Virus record (IMG/VR): IMGVR_UViG_3300034106_000257
Coordinates: 1 to 48,613 of that record
Reading direction: 5' to 3' (one strand)
Origin: a virus
Lineage: Duplodnaviria; Caudoviricetes
DNA length: 48,613 bases
Shown: positions 46,326 to 48,613 of the stretch, piece by piece
Layout: the number at the start of each line of letters is the position of its first letter
Numbering within the stretch: position 1 is the first letter of the stretch
Notes under the pieces: model-generated
Told to the model about the DNA's origin: nothing
What the model saw: the letters and a program-made list of their open reading frames with translations, nothing else
The model's database searches: none
Program-made: the position numbers and the translations under genes

Positions 46326-46447
46326 ACTGGATCGAAACCGTCCGGCGCTTTTTTGCTTGGCGGCGGTACGTCAACACACGGATCAGGGGGGAGAACGTCC
46401 CCCCGCCTAACTGGGCCTGTAAAAGAAATGGGAGGGATATCTGGTGA
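46322..46447 (+). CDS. Small hypothetical protein, 41 aa
   Basis: Read by hand: MNWIETVRRFFAWRRYV...; ATGA and GTGA overlaps at the two ends. Confidence 0.5.
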   Translation: MNWIETVRRFFAWRRYVNTRIRGENVPPPNWACKRNGRDIW

Positions 46448-46800
46448 GCAGGGGAAGAAGCGTACTGACTCTTGATCAGTACAAGGAACTGTTATGCCTG
46501 TCCGCTGAAGCCAAAGCGGCAGGGAAAAACATGGAGTCGTGGAAGATTGCCTACGAGTGGGGCGTTAATGTTGGCACTCTTAAGTCTGCTCGCAGGCGTG
46601 GCATCAAGCGGTACGACGCCATGATCCGCAAAGAGCAGCAACAGAAAGCCCGTGAGGAGGCAGAACAGCAAAGGCTGTATGAAGTGAATGCGGAACTGTT
46701 GAAAACTTTGAAGTGGCTAAAAAACTTTCTTGGGGGGAAGCATATGCCTGAATGCGTAAGCCGAATTCATGACGCCATCACCAAGGCGGAGGACAAATGA
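46444..46800 (+). CDS. Hypothetical protein, possible HTH
   Basis: IAYEWGVNVGTL segment followed by a coiled coil. Confidence 0.55.
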   Translation: MSRGRSVLTLDQYKELLCLSAEAKAAGKNMESWKIAYEWGVNVGTLKSARRRGIKRYDAMIRKEQQQKAREEAEQQRLYEVNAELLKTLKWLKNFLGGKHMPECVSRIHDAITKAEDK

Positions 46801-47129
46801 GCAAGCACACACCGGGGCCGTGGATTGTCACGCCACAGATCAACCGTGTTTCTCATCGCAACCCGTTAGGCGGTATTCGTGCAGTTGCGACGGCACATGT
46901 GGCGTGGTTTGTTGCGGATGACGGCAGTTTGCATAAGAGCGGGCGCGACTCCGACGCCATAAGCGAAAACGAGGCTATCGCCAACGCCGCGCTGATCGCA
47001 GCCGCGCCGGAACTGTTGGAGGCGTTGAAAGAAGTAAGCGAGGAAACTCGACATCGAGACTACGACTGGACGGTTGACCTTGCGCAGCGCGTCAGAGCAG
47101 CCATCGCCAGAGCGGAGGGCAAAGTATGA
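46797..47129 (+). CDS. Conserved phage hypothetical protein
   Basis: MSKHTPGPW...ANA.LIAAAPELLEAL...AAIARAEG pattern. Confidence 0.75.
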   Translation: MSKHTPGPWIVTPQINRVSHRNPLGGIRAVATAHVAWFVADDGSLHKSGRDSDAISENEAIANAALIAAAPELLEALKEVSEETRHRDYDWTVDLAQRVRAAIARAEGKV

Positions 47130-47401
47130 CCGAACAACCCGAAGCCTTGTTCCTTGCTGACGAGCTTGAAGCGCCGCTTGGTACTGTGATTAGTGGTGAA
47201 GTGGATAAACGCGCCGCCGCCGAACTGCGGAGGCTGTATGCCGAGAACGAGCGGCTGCATCAGATCAACCAATGGCATGAGATGAAACTGTCTGTGCGTG
47301 GGTATGTGATACAAATTGATGACTTGAAGGCGGCAAACGCGGAACTGCTGGATCAGGTCCACCAGATGCTGCAAGCCGAAGCAGAGGAGCCGAAGCCATG
47401 A
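47126..47401 (+). CDS. Hypothetical protein
   Basis: QPEAL.LAD.LE...AAAELRRL; ATGA overlaps. Confidence 0.7.
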   Translation: MTEQPEALFLADELEAPLGTVISGEVDKRAAAELRRLYAENERLHQINQWHEMKLSVRGYVIQIDDLKAANAELLDQVHQMLQAEAEEPKP

Positions 47402-47616
47402 GCGAAATCATTGAAGTCATTGACGGAGACAGCCGAACGATCAGCGTGTATCGCGATGGCAACGACACAATCACCCTACCTCGCGCCGTGGTTTGGAAGT
47501 TGCTGGCGGCGTTTAGAGACACGCATGGCATCATCACGAAAGCCGGGTGTGCGCTCGACCGCAGCGAAGAAATCGCCATTCTTGACGCTGCGCTGAAAGA
47601 AGAGGTGAAGCCGTGA
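47398..47616 (+). CDS. Hypothetical protein
   Basis: 72 aa, coupled to both neighbours. Confidence 0.65.
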   Translation: MSEIIEVIDGDSRTISVYRDGNDTITLPRAVVWKLLAAFRDTHGIITKAGCALDRSEEIAILDAALKEEVKP

Positions 47617-47864
47617 ACGACGACGAACTCAAAGCGTTGATGCTGGAGGCATTTAAGGTGCCGCCGGATGCGGAGTTCCATTATCCCCTCGCCCCGAACC
47701 AATGGCGATACCTGATCGACCGAGTGGCTGAGGCCGAGCGGGAGGCGTGTGCGCGGGTGTGTGATTTAGAATTTGCAGCGTGCTGGCATGCAGACGCGAT
47801 ATCACAGGCAAAAGAGGCGAAACGGTGCGCCGACGCCATTCGTGCGAGAGGAGAAAGCAAATGA
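47613..47864 (+). CDS. Hypothetical protein of the EREACA...AIRARG type
   Basis: 83 aa. Confidence 0.7.
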   Translation: MNDDELKALMLEAFKVPPDAEFHYPLAPNQWRYLIDRVAEAEREACARVCDLEFAACWHADAISQAKEAKRCADAIRARGESK

Positions 47865-48304
47865 ACAGAGAAGACATCATCCGGCTGGCGCGGGAGGCGG
47901 GAATGGCCGAGCCGACGGAGTTCCTTTACAACAATTACTGGACTGCGGGGCAGTCAGAACTGGAACGCTTTGCTGAACTCGTTGCAAAGGCTGAGCGGGA
48001 AGCGTCCTTTCTACGTGGTTACGCCGCAGCCGTTAGTGCGAGGAGAGAGCAAATGAACAGAGAAGAGGTCATCCGATTGGCAAAAGAGGCAGGGTTGCAG
48101 CCATATTACGATGCACAGTCACTCGCTATTGAGCGTTTCGCCAAACTTGCCGCAGCAGCGGAGCGGAAGGCGTGCATCAAGATCATTGAGGCGTATCAAA
48201 TTCCGGTCGGCAAAAGCGCGGCGGGCGAGATGGCGAGGGATTGGACTGTTGACGCTCTCAAATACATCAGAGACGAAATCCGTGCGAGAGGAGAGAGCAA
48301 ATGA
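47861..48304 (+). CDS. Hypothetical protein formed from two fused MNRE..IRLA.EAG units
   Basis: Probable start at ATG 47861; the second unit begins at 48053. Confidence 0.7.
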   Translation: MNREDIIRLAREAGMAEPTEFLYNNYWTAGQSELERFAELVAKAEREASFLRGYAAAVSARREQMNREEVIRLAKEAGLQPYYDAQSLAIERFAKLAAAAERKACIKIIEAYQIPVGKSAAGEMARDWTVDALKYIRDEIRARGESK

Positions 48305-48504
48305 ACTGCCCGCGCTGCAACGTTGCCGTGATGTATTCCTTTTCGCCTCGCCACGAGTTTCACGGTTACGACCCCGATGAGGAAGTTGTGTTCGAGCATG
48401 GCACAACGGGGCGATCAATTTCTCGACACCGCTGTTATGAGTGCAAACTTACGGTCGAGACTTTCATTCCATTACGAATCATTGACCCCGAGGTGGAGAC
48501 GTGA
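48301..48504 (+). CDS. Small zinc-ribbon protein
   Basis: CPRC...CYEC. Confidence 0.65.
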   Translation: MNCPRCNVAVMYSFSPRHEFHGYDPDEEVVFEHGTTGRSISRHRCYECKLTVETFIPLRIIDPEVET

Positions 48505-48613
48505 ATAAGCAATCAGAATATCTTTACGACCGGCTGCGCGAAGAGAACCGGAAGTTGGAGCAGGAAATTTTGGAGATGCACTCCGACCGGAGCAATGTCT
48601 TGGTCGCAGAGAT
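48501..48613 (+). CDS. Hypothetical protein, truncated by the window edge
   Basis: GTGA overlap; open to the end of the window. Confidence 0.45.
   Translation, partial: MNKQSEYLYDRLREENRKLEQEILEMHSDRSNVLVAE

Noticed and set aside
47157-47175. Second hammerhead core (CTGACGA)
   Set aside because: It lies inside a CDS with no matching GAAA or stems.
1-48613. tRNA, rRNA, integrase, repressor, DNA or RNA polymerase genes
   Set aside because: None recognised by eye. The window is incomplete at both ends, so they may lie outside it; tRNAscan-SE and HMM searches would settle this.

Overview
This window is most of a tailed dsDNA phage genome with podovirus-like gene order. A LexA box and IHF sites suggest a beta- or gamma-proteobacterial host. 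The minus strand (about 36.8 kb down to 1) carries the late arm: HNH, TerS, TerL, portal, scaffold, capsid, adaptors, tailspike and fibres, nozzle, ejection proteins (one with a GH108 muramidase domain), an inserted structural cassette, a 1991-aa polyvalent protein and a truncated holin. The plus strand (37 kb to the end) carries the early arm: small genes, a MoxR-like AAA ATPase, a DUF2201/vWA peptidase and DUF3310. I found no polymerase, integrase, repressor or tRNA. The most unusual part is 35.6-39.6 kb. It holds two paralogous genes, each behind a copy of the same promoter motif, flanking an AT-rich block with three IHF sites, iterons and a near-consensus LexA box. The early operon that follows is punctuated by an H-type pseudoknot, a complete type II hammerhead ribozyme and a duplicated 21-nt leader. 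TerL is preceded by two in-frame, amber-terminated mini-ORFs created by a 45-bp tandem repeat. All protein assignments come from motif recognition by eye, not database searches.
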